In this document: piece after piece, positions 10,624 to 20,151 of the stretch
Numbering within the stretch: the first letter of the stretch is position 1
Layout of the letters: every line of letters starts with the position of its first letter
Source: Actinomycetota bacterium
Lineage (GTDB): Bacteria > Actinomycetota > Actinomycetes > Nanopelagicales > Nanopelagicaceae
Assembly (NCBI GenBank): GCA_009698845.1
Contig: WLPI01000001.1
Span: 6,012-70,011 of the forward strand
DNA: 64,000 nucleotides
Direction of reading: 5' to 3'
Notes under the pieces: generated by a model
Databases searched by the model: none
What the model saw: the letters and a program-made list of their open reading frames with translations, nothing else
Told to the model about the DNA's origin: nothing
Translations under genes and position numbers: made by a program

Positions 10624-11394
10624 ATGAAAGTAGTAACTAGCGCCACTGACCTTCCTTCAGGCTGCGCATTTGTTCCTACTATGGGGGCGCTGCATGCAGG
10701 TCATGCATCTCTTTTTAAGATCGCTAAAAACCAAAGTGAAAATGTTGTAGCTAGTATTTTCATTAATCCACTTCAATTCGAAAATGAAGAAGATCTAGTT
10801 AAGTACCCCAAGACTCCCGATGCAGATATTGAGATTGCACAGAATTCTGGAGTGACTCATTTATGGTTTCCACGCAGAGAAGAGATTTATCCCGAAGGAT
10901 TTAATTCGGTAAAGGCTGGCCCTATCTCGAAACTTTATGAGGGCGCCTCGCGTGCAGGACACTTCGACGGTGTTGTCACTGTCGTTCGTAGACTTTTCGA
11001 CCTGGTGAAGCCGAAACTTGCAGTATTCGGTGAGAAGGATTTTCAGCAATTGAAGTTGGTAGAAGAGATTGCTGCTGATGTATCAATAGTGAGAGCACCA
11101 ACAATTCGTGAATCAGATGGATTAGCGATGTCATCTCGAAATATTCGTCTCTCGACAGAGGGTCGTGCAGCTGCACCAAGTATTTATCAAGCGTTATCGA
11201 CCGCAACGTCCGAGACGGAATTGCGCGAAATTCTCAGTGCGCAACCACTGCTGACGGTCGACTACGCAGATTTCATCGATGAAGAAACCTTCTTACCCGC
11301 ACAGCCGGATACTCAAAAGGTGCGTGCGCTAGTCGCTGGCTGGATTAATGGGGTGCGTTTGATTGACAATATGCAGATGGTGAAGCGCGCATGA
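10624..11394 (+). CDS. panC: Pantoate--beta-alanine ligase
   Basis: FVPTMGALHAGH, SIFINPLQF, RAGHFDGV, FGEKDFQQ, DGLAMSSRN, RLIDN. Confidence 0.96.
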   Translation: MKVVTSATDLPSGCAFVPTMGALHAGHASLFKIAKNQSENVVASIFINPLQFENEEDLVKYPKTPDADIEIAQNSGVTHLWFPRREEIYPEGFNSVKAGPISKLYEGASRAGHFDGVVTVVRRLFDLVKPKLAVFGEKDFQQLKLVEEIAADVSIVRAPTIRESDGLAMSSRNIRLSTEGRAAAPSIYQALSTATSETELREILSAQPLLTVDYADFIDEETFLPAQPDTQKVRALVAGWINGVRLIDNMQMVKRA

Positions 11395-13004
11395 AGCTAT
11401 TAGCTCCGGTTCCGGGATGGACTTCAACTGCAGATGTGATTGTGGTTGGTTCTGGTATTGCTGGTTTAACCACCGCGCTCCAATGTAGAACTTTTGGTTT
11501 ATCAGTTCTCTTGGTTACCAAGGCGAGCGTTGATGAAGGCTCAACAAAATGGGCACAAGGAGGTATTGCAGCTGCACTTGGTGACGGTGATTCGCCAGAG
11601 CAGCACGAGAAAGACACTTTGGTAGCGGGCGCAGGGTTATGCGATGCGCAAGCGGTGCGCGTTCTTGTAACAGAAGGACCGGAAGCAGTTCGTAAGCTAA
11701 TCGAACGTGGTGCGATTTTTGATAAAGAAGAAAGTGGCGAAATCGCTCTGACACGTGAAGGTGGGCACCTTCGCAATCGCATTCTTCACGCTGGCGGAGA
11801 TGCAACTGGTGCTGAAGTTTCACGTGCACTTCTTGCCGCTGTACAAAACGATCCCGACATTGAAGTGGTTGAGAATGCGCTAGTACTAGATGCGCTTAAG
11901 AATGATATTGGTGAGGTATGTGGTGTAACGCTACACGTGATTGGTGCCGGAAGCCGTGATGGAGTTGGACGCGGAATTGCAAAAGCTGTTGTGCTTGCAA
12001 CAGGGGGACTAGGGCAAGTATTTGCACAAACAACAAATCCTTCAGTCTCCACCGGAGACGGCGTAGCACTTGCTCTACGAGCGGGAGCTAAAGTTGCCGA
12101 TGTCGAGTTTATTCAATTCCACCCAACTGTTTTATGGTTGGGCAATAATTCTGAAGGCCAGCAACCGCTTATCAGTGAAGCAGTGCGCGGAGAAGGGGCT
12201 TATCTTCTTGATAATGATGGAAAACGTTTTATGCAAGAGATTCACCCATTAGCAGAATTAGCACCTCGAGATGTTGTTGCTATTTCAATTATGCGCGTCA
12301 TGAATATAGAGAAATCACAGCACGTATGGCTTGATGTTCGCCACATTGAAGGTTTTGAATCACGTTTCCCAACTATTTACGCATCGTGTAAGAACAACGG
12401 AATTAATCCATTGAAAGATTTGATTCCCGTTGCTCCAGCATCACACTATGCATCAGGGGGAGTTCGCGTAGATCTCAACGGCAGAACCAGTGTGAATGGT
12501 CTATACGCATGTGGCGAAACAGCGTGCTCAGGTGTACATGGTGCTAATCGACTTGCTTCTAACTCACTTCTCGAAGGCTTGGTCTTTAGCGCACGAATTG
12601 CTGCAGATATCGCAACCAATCTTCCAGAATTTAGCGAACCAGTTGAAAATGTCTCACGCGCAATTCTTCTCGATCCACAGGTTCGACATGACATTCAAGT
12701 AAGTATGAGCCGCGGTGCTGGAGTGCTTCGTTCTTCTGATTCATTACTCCGTACCAGTTCAGACCTAACACGTATTGAAGACAGAACTAGTACACAACCA
12801 TGTGTTGAAGCATGGGAGACAACAAATCTGTTTCAGCTCGCACAGGCAATACTTAAAGCGGCACTCATTCGACAAGAAACGAGAGGGTCGCATTGGCGTG
12901 AAGATTTCCCAGAGACGAGCGATGTTTGGCGCAAGCGAATAGTTCAGCAACTGGATCAAACTGGATATTGGACAAGCGGATATCAGGAGGTAGGAAACAA
13001 ATGA
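11391..13004 (+). CDS. nadB: L-aspartate oxidase
   Basis: GSGIAG FAD motif, WAQGGIAA, TREGGH, QFHPT, LISEAVRGEG, GVHGANRLASNSLLEG. Confidence 0.96.
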   Translation: MKLLAPVPGWTSTADVIVVGSGIAGLTTALQCRTFGLSVLLVTKASVDEGSTKWAQGGIAAALGDGDSPEQHEKDTLVAGAGLCDAQAVRVLVTEGPEAVRKLIERGAIFDKEESGEIALTREGGHLRNRILHAGGDATGAEVSRALLAAVQNDPDIEVVENALVLDALKNDIGEVCGVTLHVIGAGSRDGVGRGIAKAVVLATGGLGQVFAQTTNPSVSTGDGVALALRAGAKVADVEFIQFHPTVLWLGNNSEGQQPLISEAVRGEGAYLLDNDGKRFMQEIHPLAELAPRDVVAISIMRVMNIEKSQHVWLDVRHIEGFESRFPTIYASCKNNGINPLKDLIPVAPASHYASGGVRVDLNGRTSVNGLYACGETACSGVHGANRLASNSLLEGLVFSARIAADIATNLPEFSEPVENVSRAILLDPQVRHDIQVSMSRGAGVLRSSDSLLRTSSDLTRIEDRTSTQPCVEAWETTNLFQLAQAILKAALIRQETRGSHWREDFPETSDVWRKRIVQQLDQTGYWTSGYQEVGNK

Positions 13005-13825
13005 TTGACCGCGAGTTGATAACACGAGCTCTTGCAGAAGATTTAGATGGCGGAGAAGACATCACATCCATAGCAACTGTTACGGGTAACGAAAAGGTAG
13101 TAGCTGATTTTGTAGTGCGCGCAAATGGTGTTATTGCTGGAATCGAGATGGCAGTTGCCGTGCTTGAAGAAGTTGGACTTACAGATATTTCAAAGATTGT
13201 TACTGATGGAACAAAAGTTTCTGTGGGGCAAACAGTTCTCACTGTTCGTGGCGATACACGTGCCATTTTGCTTGCAGAGAGAACTGCGCTCAATTTTTTA
13301 TGTCACTTAAGCGGAATAGCCGCTGTCACAAATACATGGGTTGAAACCATTGCAGGAACATCTTGCAAGATTCGTGATACTCGGAAAACAACACCTGGTA
13401 TGCGACAACTTGAAAAATATGCCGTTCGCATGGGTGGAGGAGTCAATCATCGGATGTCACTTAGTGATGCTGCATTAATCAAAGATAATCACATTGCGGC
13501 TGCAGGTGGCGTTGTAGAAGCATTTACAAAAGTACGAGCTAAATTCCCGAAATCAGAGATTGAGATCGAAGTTGATAATTTAGAACAACTTCAAAAAGTT
13601 TTGCCACTTAAACCAGATCTCATTCTTCTAGACAATATGAGCCCTGAGCTATGTGCACAGGCAGTGAAATTAGTTTCGGGCAAATGCAAGCTAGAAGCTT
13701 CTGGAGGAATTTCACTTCAGAGCGCACGGGCATTTGCCGAATCCGGTGTTGATTATTTAGCTATTGGTGCACTGACTCACAGCGCTCCAGTTCTGGATAT
13801 TGGCTTAGATATGAGAGCGGAGTAG
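13001..13825 (+). CDS. nadC: Nicotinate-nucleotide pyrophosphorylase (carboxylating)
   Basis: DTRKTTPG, NHRMSLSD..LIKDNH, EASGG, GALTHS. Start taken at ATG 13001 (ATGA overlap with nadB; GGAGG upstream). Confidence 0.95.
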   Translation: MIDRELITRALAEDLDGGEDITSIATVTGNEKVVADFVVRANGVIAGIEMAVAVLEEVGLTDISKIVTDGTKVSVGQTVLTVRGDTRAILLAERTALNFLCHLSGIAAVTNTWVETIAGTSCKIRDTRKTTPGMRQLEKYAVRMGGGVNHRMSLSDAALIKDNHIAAAGGVVEAFTKVRAKFPKSEIEIEVDNLEQLQKVLPLKPDLILLDNMSPELCAQAVKLVSGKCKLEASGGISLQSARAFAESGVDYLAIGALTHSAPVLDIGLDMRAE

Positions 13826-13827
13826 AA

Positions 13828-14595
13828 ATGTTGTTAACTGTCGATGTAGGAAACACCAATACTGTCTTGGGAATTTTCAAAGAGAAAGAGCTTGTGAAGT
13901 CATGGCGAGTCAAAACTGATCCACGAACAACGGCGGATGAATTGTGGCTCCAGTACAGCTCTCTTGTAGCAAATTACACGGTTTCAGCTCTTTCGATTTG
14001 TTCAACTGTTCCAGCTACTCTGCGTGAATTGCGAACCATGATTGATTCCTATTTTCATGATGTTCCTGCCACAATTGTTGAACCAGGAACAAAGACTGGT
14101 GTGCAATTACTGGTAGATAATCCAAAAGAGATTGGCGCCGATCGGATTGTTAATACATTGGCTGCACACACACTTTTTGGTGGCCCCGCAATTGTTGTGG
14201 ACTTCGGAACATCAACTAATCTCGATGTTGTATCCCCCAAAGGTGAATTTCTTGGTGGCGCGCTAGCTCCGGGTATCGAGATTTCAGTTGATGCACTTGC
14301 ATCTCGAGCAGCTCAATTGCGCAAAGTTGAATTAATTCGCCCAAAGAATGTAATTGGAAAGAACACAGTCGAAGCACTCCAATCTGGAACTATTTTTGGA
14401 TTCGCTGGTCAGGTAGATGGCTTGGTTGAGCGAATAATTGATGAATTGGCACTAAGTTACGAGCAACGACCAACAGTTATTGCAACTGGTGGATTAGCCC
14501 CGTTGATAATTGGAGTTTCAGAAACCATTGATGAGCACGAGCCAGATTTGACCCTCATCGGACTTCGACTCATACATGAGAAGAACAACTCCTAA
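13828..14595 (+). CDS. coaX: Type III pantothenate kinase
   Basis: DVGNTN, GADR, VDFGT, GG..APG, IATGG. Confidence 0.95.
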   Translation: MLLTVDVGNTNTVLGIFKEKELVKSWRVKTDPRTTADELWLQYSSLVANYTVSALSICSTVPATLRELRTMIDSYFHDVPATIVEPGTKTGVQLLVDNPKEIGADRIVNTLAAHTLFGGPAIVVDFGTSTNLDVVSPKGEFLGGALAPGIEISVDALASRAAQLRKVELIRPKNVIGKNTVEALQSGTIFGFAGQVDGLVERIIDELALSYEQRPTVIATGGLAPLIIGVSETIDEHEPDLTLIGLRLIHEKNNS

Positions 14596-14643
14596 TTTCA
14601 CAAACCCTAGCCACCTCATCACAAGGGTAGACTCGGTGCCACT

Positions 14644-16152
14644 ATGACAACTGAGAATTCACCGGCCACAGAGGACGATCTACCGGAACAACTTCGGATT
14701 CGTCGCGAGAAGCGTGCAAGCCTTCTTGAGCGTGGAATTGAGCCTTATCCAGTTGCTGTGCCTCGCACGAACTCTCTCAAGGAGATCCGTGAAAAGTACA
14801 CAGGTTTAGAAATAGATATTGCTACTGGGGATATTGAGAGCCTGACAGGTCGAATAATTTTCAAACGAGATACGGGAAAACTTTGCTTTGCAACTTTGCG
14901 TGAAGGAGATGGAACAGAACTTCAGGCAATGCTTTCGCTAGATAAAGTCGGGCAAGAACTTTTAGACTCTTGGAAATCTGATATTGATTTAGGGGACTTG
15001 GTCTCTGTCACTGGAGAAATCATTACTTCAAAGCGCGGCGAGTTATCCATCTTGGCTAATTCTTGGGCACTTGCTTCTAAATCCTTGCGCCCGCTTCCAA
15101 ACGACCACAAGCCAATGTCTGAAGAGACACGCGTTCGTATGAGATATGTGGATTTAATTGTGCGTCCCGAAGCAAGAAGTGCAGCACGAATGCGTCCTAC
15201 TGTGATGCGCTCACTTCGCGAAACTTTTGATGACGAAAGCTTTATTGAGGTAGAGACACCAATGTTGCAGGTAATGCATGGAGGCGCTGCGGCACGACCT
15301 TTTAAGACTTTCAGTAATGCATACGACATGGACTTGTACATGCGTATAGCCCCTGAACTTTTCCTCAAGCGATGCGTGGTCGGTGGTATCGAGCGCGTAT
15401 TTGAAATCAACCGCAACTTCCGAAACGAAGGTGCAGATTCTTCTCACTCACCAGAGTTCGCAATGGTTGAGTCATACATGGCCTACGGAGACTGGCGGTC
15501 AATTGCGAATGTGACTCGTTCACTCATTCAAAATGCAGCCATGGCAGTTTCTGGTTCGCATGTTGTAACTCACCACAACGGTCGCGAAGCTAATCTCGGT
15601 GGAACTTGGAAAGAGATTTCTCTCTACGATGCAATTTCAGAGGGAGTAGGAGAAGAAGTAACTGCGCTTACATCTATCGATACCCTCAAAAAATACGCCA
15701 CAAAACTAGGTATGAAAATTGATCCAAAGTGGGTCACAGGTAAGCTCGCAGAAGAAATTTTTGAACATGTGGCGCAAGACAAATTAATCGAGCCCACATT
15801 TGTTATGGGTTATCCCGTAGATACATCTCCACTTGTGCGTGCACATCGCGATATCCCTGGAGTGGCAGAAAAATGGGATCTCTACATAGATGGTTTTGAA
15901 TTAGCAACAGGTTACTCAGAGCTTATTGATCCCGTTATTCAACGAGATAGATTAATTGAGCAAGCACAGCTTGGTGCCAAGGGTGATTTAGAAGCTATGC
16001 AAGTTGATGAAGATTTCTTGCGAGCCATGGAATTTGGAATGCCACCAATGGGTGGAATGGGAATGGGAGTTGACCGTTTACTCATGGCCTTAACTGGACT
16101 AGGAATTAGAGAAACTATTTTGTTCCCACTAGTAAAACCAGAAACCGAATAA
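14644..16152 (+). CDS. lysS: Lysine--tRNA ligase (class II)
   Basis: EVETPML, GGAAARPF, RIAPEL.LKR, FRNEG...HSPEF, GMPP.GG.G.GVDRL. Confidence 0.97.
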   Translation: MTTENSPATEDDLPEQLRIRREKRASLLERGIEPYPVAVPRTNSLKEIREKYTGLEIDIATGDIESLTGRIIFKRDTGKLCFATLREGDGTELQAMLSLDKVGQELLDSWKSDIDLGDLVSVTGEIITSKRGELSILANSWALASKSLRPLPNDHKPMSEETRVRMRYVDLIVRPEARSAARMRPTVMRSLRETFDDESFIEVETPMLQVMHGGAAARPFKTFSNAYDMDLYMRIAPELFLKRCVVGGIERVFEINRNFRNEGADSSHSPEFAMVESYMAYGDWRSIANVTRSLIQNAAMAVSGSHVVTHHNGREANLGGTWKEISLYDAISEGVGEEVTALTSIDTLKKYATKLGMKIDPKWVTGKLAEEIFEHVAQDKLIEPTFVMGYPVDTSPLVRAHRDIPGVAEKWDLYIDGFELATGYSELIDPVIQRDRLIEQAQLGAKGDLEAMQVDEDFLRAMEFGMPPMGGMGMGVDRLLMALTGLGIRETILFPLVKPETE

Positions 16153-16154
16153 CA

Positions 16155-16649
16155 ATGTTGCTTATCCGCCCTGCAAAAACTTCTGATGTAAAGGCAATTC
16201 GCGAGTTAGTCGATTCCTATGCAGCGCCAGGTCAGATGCTCTCTAAAGAGACGGTTACTCTTTATGAAAGCGTTCAAGAATTTACAGTTGCAGAAAAAGA
16301 TGGCGTAATTGTTGGATGTGGTGCGCTGCATATTCTTTGGGAAGATCTTGCTGAAGTTCGTACAGTTGCGGTGAAAGAAAGTCTGCATCTGCAAGGTATC
16401 GGTCATAGAATTTTAGAAGCAATCATTCAGAGAGCGCGCGAAATTGGCGTAACTCGGATTTTCTGTCTTACATTTCAAACTGAATTCTTTGGTCGACATG
16501 GTTTCGAAGAAATTCATGGAACCGCAGTTGATCCCGATGTGTATCAACAACTACTTCGCTCCTACGATGCTGGTGTTGCAGAATTCTTGGATCTCGAGTC
16601 GGTAAAGCCAAATACATTGGGCAATACCCGCATGCTCCTCAATCTCTAG
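16155..16649 (+). CDS. argA: Short GNAT-type amino-acid N-acetyltransferase (actinobacterial ArgA)
   Basis: TLYESVQEF, GCGALH..WEDLAEVRT, FCLTF..EFF, SYD.GVAEFLDL..VKPNTLGNTRM. Confidence 0.85.
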   Translation: MLLIRPAKTSDVKAIRELVDSYAAPGQMLSKETVTLYESVQEFTVAEKDGVIVGCGALHILWEDLAEVRTVAVKESLHLQGIGHRILEAIIQRAREIGVTRIFCLTFQTEFFGRHGFEEIHGTAVDPDVYQQLLRSYDAGVAEFLDLESVKPNTLGNTRMLLNL

Positions 16650-16673
16650 ACCCACCACCTTTAGTATTTTGAG

Positions 16674-16699
16674 GGAATATTCACCCCATATTTAGGGTT
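16674..16699 (+). promoter_or_regulatory. SigR/SigH-type ECF promoter upstream of clpC
   Basis: Exact GGAAT-N18-GTT (GGAAT 16674-16678, GTT 16697-16699). A separate TAGGCT -10 lies at 16748-16753. Confidence 0.65.
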
Positions 16700-16785
16700 C
16701 TACGAGGCATAGAGCAATCCACCTCGCGCCTTCCCTACGCTGGGTTATAGGCTTACGGCAGCACCACGAAAGAAGGAGTCCGCCC

Positions 16786-19284
16786 ATGTTTGAGCGTTTT
16801 ACCGATCGAGCTCGACGAGTCGTTGTATTGGCTCAAGAGGAAGCACGCATGCTCAATCACAATTACATCGGCACAGAGCACATCCTCCTTGGACTCATCC
16901 ACGAAGGTGAAGGCGTTGCAGCAAAGGGACTCGAATCTCTTGGAATTTCACTTGAAGGCGTTCGCGCACAAGTTGAAGAAATTATTGGTCAAGGACAACA
17001 AGCGCCAAGTGGCCATATTCCATTTACTCCACGTGCAAAGAAAGTTCTCGAACTTTCACTTCGCGAAGCGCTTCAGCTTGGACACAACTACATCGGAACA
17101 GAACATATCCTTCTTGGATTGATCCGCGAAGGTGAAGGCGTTGCTGCGCAAGTTCTCGTAAAGCTTGGTGCAGATCTCAATCGTGTTCGCCAACAAGTTA
17201 TTCAATTGCTTTCTGGATACCAAGGAAAAGAAGCTGTTACACAAGGCGGGCCTGCGGAAGGAACCCCTTCAACTTCGCTTGTACTTGATCAGTTTGGCAG
17301 AAACCTCACTGCTGCAGCACGCGAAGGAAAACTTGATCCTGTAATTGGTCGTGAAAATGAAATTGAACGTGTGATGCAAATTCTTTCACGTCGCACAAAG
17401 AACAACCCAGTCCTTATCGGTGAACCCGGAGTTGGAAAGACTGCTGTGGTTGAAGGATTAGCGCAAGCAATTGCGAAGAATGATGTACCAGAGACTCTCA
17501 AAGATAAGCAGCTCTACTCACTTGATCTAGGCGCACTTGTTGCAGGTTCACGTTACCGCGGAGACTTTGAAGAGCGTTTGAAGAAAGTTCTTAAAGAGAT
17601 TAAAACTCGCGGAGATATCATCATCTTCATCGATGAAATTCATACTCTTGTAGGCGCTGGTGCAGCAGAAGGTGCAATCGATGCTGCAAGCATCTTGAAG
17701 CCAATGCTCGCTCGCGGCGAACTCCAGACAATTGGTGCAACAACTCTTGATGAGTATCGCAAGCACATTGAAAAAGATGCAGCGTTAGAGCGTCGTTTCC
17801 AGCCAATTCAGGTGAAAGAACCATCTGTTGCTCACACAATTGAAATCCTTAAAGGACTGCGCGATCGCTACGAAACACACCACAGAGTCTCCATTACTGA
17901 CGGAGCACTAGCTGCAGCTGCAAATATGGCAGATCGCTACGTCTCTGATCGATTCCTTCCAGATAAGGCAATTGACCTCATTGATGAGGCAGGCTCACGT
18001 CTTCGTATCAAGCGCATGACTGCACCTGCAGAACTTCGCGAATTCGACGACAAGATCGCAGATGCTCGCAAAGCAAAAGAGTCTGCAATTGACGGACAAG
18101 ATTTCGAAGGCGCAGCTGCGCTTCGTGATAAAGAAAAGACTCTAATTCTTGAGAAGCAAGAAGCAGAGAAGAATTGGAAAGCTACAGATTTAGATAAGGT
18201 CACAGAAGTTGATGAGGAACTCATCGCTCAAGTGCTCTCTATCTCAACTGGAATCCCAGTTTTCAAGTTAACTGAAGAAGAAACTGCGCGACTACTTCGT
18301 ATGGAAGATGAATTACACCGTCGTGTTATTGGGCAAGATCAAGCGATTAAGGCGCTGTCACAAGCAATTCGACGTACTCGCGCTGGATTGAAAGATCCAA
18401 AGCGCCCTGGTGGATCCTTTATCTTCGCTGGTCCTTCAGGTGTCGGAAAGACAGAACTCTCGCGCACACTTGCATCATTCCTATTTGGTGATGAGACTGC
18501 GTTGATTCAACTTGATATGTCTGAGTATTCAGAGCGCCACACAGCGTCACGTCTCTTTGGTGCACCTCCGGGGTATGTTGGATACGACGAGGGTGGACAG
18601 CTCACCGAAAAGGTACGTCGTCGCCCATTCTCTGTAGTTCTCTTCGATGAAATCGAAAAGGCACACCCAGATATCTTTAACTCACTACTTCAGGTGCTTG
18701 AAGATGGTCGTCTTACTGATTCGCAGGGACGCACAGTCGATTTCAAGAACACAGTCATCATCATGACTACAAACCTTGGAACCCGAGATATCTCTAAATC
18801 ACTTGGATTAGGTTTTGCTAACGCAGATGATGACCTAACTAATTACGATCGCATGAAGGGCAAAGTTCAGGACGAGCTAAAGAACCATTTCCGTCCAGAA
18901 TTCCTCAACCGTATCGATGATGTCATCGTCTTCCACCAGCTCACCAAGGCTCAAATCATTCAGATCGTCGATCTCATGATTGCCAATCTTGATGAGCGCC
19001 TTAAGGCAAAAGATATGGGAATCGAACTCACGCAAGCTGCGAAGGATCTCCTTGCTGCGCGTGGATATGACCCTCTTCTTGGAGCTCGACCTCTTCGCAG
19101 AGTTATTCAACGCGAAATTGAAGATTCTCTTTCAGAGCGCATTCTCTTTGGCGAACTCAAAGCCGGAGAAATCATTGTTGTCGATGTTGAAGGTGAAGAA
19201 GCGGATGCGAAATTTACATTCGTGGGCTCACCTAAAGTTGCGACACCTGATACTCCAGAAGATTTAGCAGAAGCGACAAAATAA
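16786..19284 (+). CDS. clpC: ATP-dependent Clp protease ATPase ClpC1
   Basis: [22 protein letters not shown]-domain repeats, Walker A motifs GEPGVGKT and [11 protein letters not shown] coiled coil, LGF loop. SD AAGGAG. Confidence 0.98.
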   Translation: MFERFTDRARRVVVLAQEEARMLNHNYIGTEHILLGLIHEGEGVAAKGLESLGISLEGVRAQVEEIIGQGQQAPSGHIPFTPRAKKVLELSLREALQLGHNYIGTEHILLGLIREGEGVAAQVLVKLGADLNRVRQQVIQLLSGYQGKEAVTQGGPAEGTPSTSLVLDQFGRNLTAAAREGKLDPVIGRENEIERVMQILSRRTKNNPVLIGEPGVGKTAVVEGLAQAIAKNDVPETLKDKQLYSLDLGALVAGSRYRGDFEERLKKVLKEIKTRGDIIIFIDEIHTLVGAGAAEGAIDAASILKPMLARGELQTIGATTLDEYRKHIEKDAALERRFQPIQVKEPSVAHTIEILKGLRDRYETHHRVSITDGALAAAANMADRYVSDRFLPDKAIDLIDEAGSRLRIKRMTAPAELREFDDKIADARKAKESAIDGQDFEGAAALRDKEKTLILEKQEAEKNWKATDLDKVTEVDEELIAQVLSISTGIPVFKLTEEETARLLRMEDELHRRVIGQDQAIKALSQAIRRTRAGLKDPKRPGGSFIFAGPSGVGKTELSRTLASFLFGDETALIQLDMSEYSERHTASRLFGAPPGYVGYDEGGQLTEKVRRRPFSVVLFDEIEKAHPDIFNSLLQVLEDGRLTDSQGRTVDFKNTVIIMTTNLGTRDISKSLGLGFANADDDLTNYDRMKGKVQDELKNHFRPEFLNRIDDVIVFHQLTKAQIIQIVDLMIANLDERLKAKDMGIELTQAAKDLLAARGYDPLLGARPLRRVIQREIEDSLSERILFGELKAGEIIVVDVEGEEADAKFTFVGSPKVATPDTPEDLAEATK

Positions 19285-19290
19285 TTTAAT

Positions 19291-20151
19291 CTACCTAGGT
19301 AGTGAAAATTTATTCTTTCCTCTAGCTTCAATTAGTCCATCATCAAGTAGCGTCAGTATGGCCTTTTCGAGTTGGGAAGGTACATCCCAGAGCTCTTGGA
19401 TTTGAGCACGAGTGAGAATTTCATTCTCTCGAAGTGACTGCACAATCATTCCTCTGCATTGACGATCTGTTCCATGCCACGTTTGTCTACGCTTCACAAC
19501 TTCAGATTGAGGGTAATCCAAACTTCTCCATAAGCATTGGGCGGATACTGGACAGAGCGCACATTTAGGGGATTGCGAAGTGCAGATAAGTGCACCAAGC
19601 TCCATAGTCGCGGCAGCCCAAATGTGTGGGTTCTTCTTTGGAATTAAACTTTCGTATCGCGCCTTCTCTTCTTTAGTTGCAGAGTTTGTAGGAGATTGAA
19701 CTCCGTCGTATAAACGTGCAAAAAATCTTCGAATATTTATATCAAGCACGAGCGATCTCTTGGAAAATGCAAAAGCCACCATCGCGGCAGCGGTGTATTC
19801 GCCAACTCCTGGAAGTGCTCTCAACTCTGATTCGGTAGTCGGAATTTTGCCGCCGTGTTGAGAAGTAATTTCTTTCGCACATTCATGCAATCTCAGCGCT
19901 CGGCGTGGATATCCAAGTCGCCCCCAAGCCGTAATTACCTCTGCAGGTGTGGCTTTTGCGAGGTCAGCAGCAGTTGGCCACTTCTGCATCCATTGCTTGT
20001 AAACCGGCAGTACTCGATTTACTGGAGTTTGCTGCAACATAAATTCAGAGACAAGAATTCCCCAAGAATCAGTCTTGCGCCACGGAAGATCTCGCTTATT
20101 CTTTTTAAACCACTGTGCAACTTCATTATCGATTTTCTTCTCTGGCATCAT
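19291..20151 (-). CDS. mutY: A/G-specific adenine glycosylase
   Basis: RDLPWR, SEFMLQQT, LGYPRRA, HhH LPGVGEYTA, Fe-S motif C-X6-C-X2-C-X5-C. Confidence 0.95.
   Translation of the reverse strand: MMPEKKIDNEVAQWFKKNKRDLPWRKTDSWGILVSEFMLQQTPVNRVLPVYKQWMQKWPTAADLAKATPAEVITAWGRLGYPRRALRLHECAKEITSQHGGKIPTTESELRALPGVGEYTAAAMVAFAFSKRSLVLDINIRRFFARLYDGVQSPTNSATKEEKARYESLIPKKNPHIWAAATMELGALICTSQSPKCALCPVSAQCLWRSLDYPQSEVVKRRQTWHGTDRQCRGMIVQSLRENEILTRAQIQELWDVPSQLEKAILTLLDDGLIEARGKNKFSLPR

Noticed and set aside
16846-17150. Direct DNA repeat within clpC (cacaa.tacatcgg.acaga.ca.atcct.cttgga occurs twice)
   Set aside because: It simply encodes the two Clp N-domain repeats.
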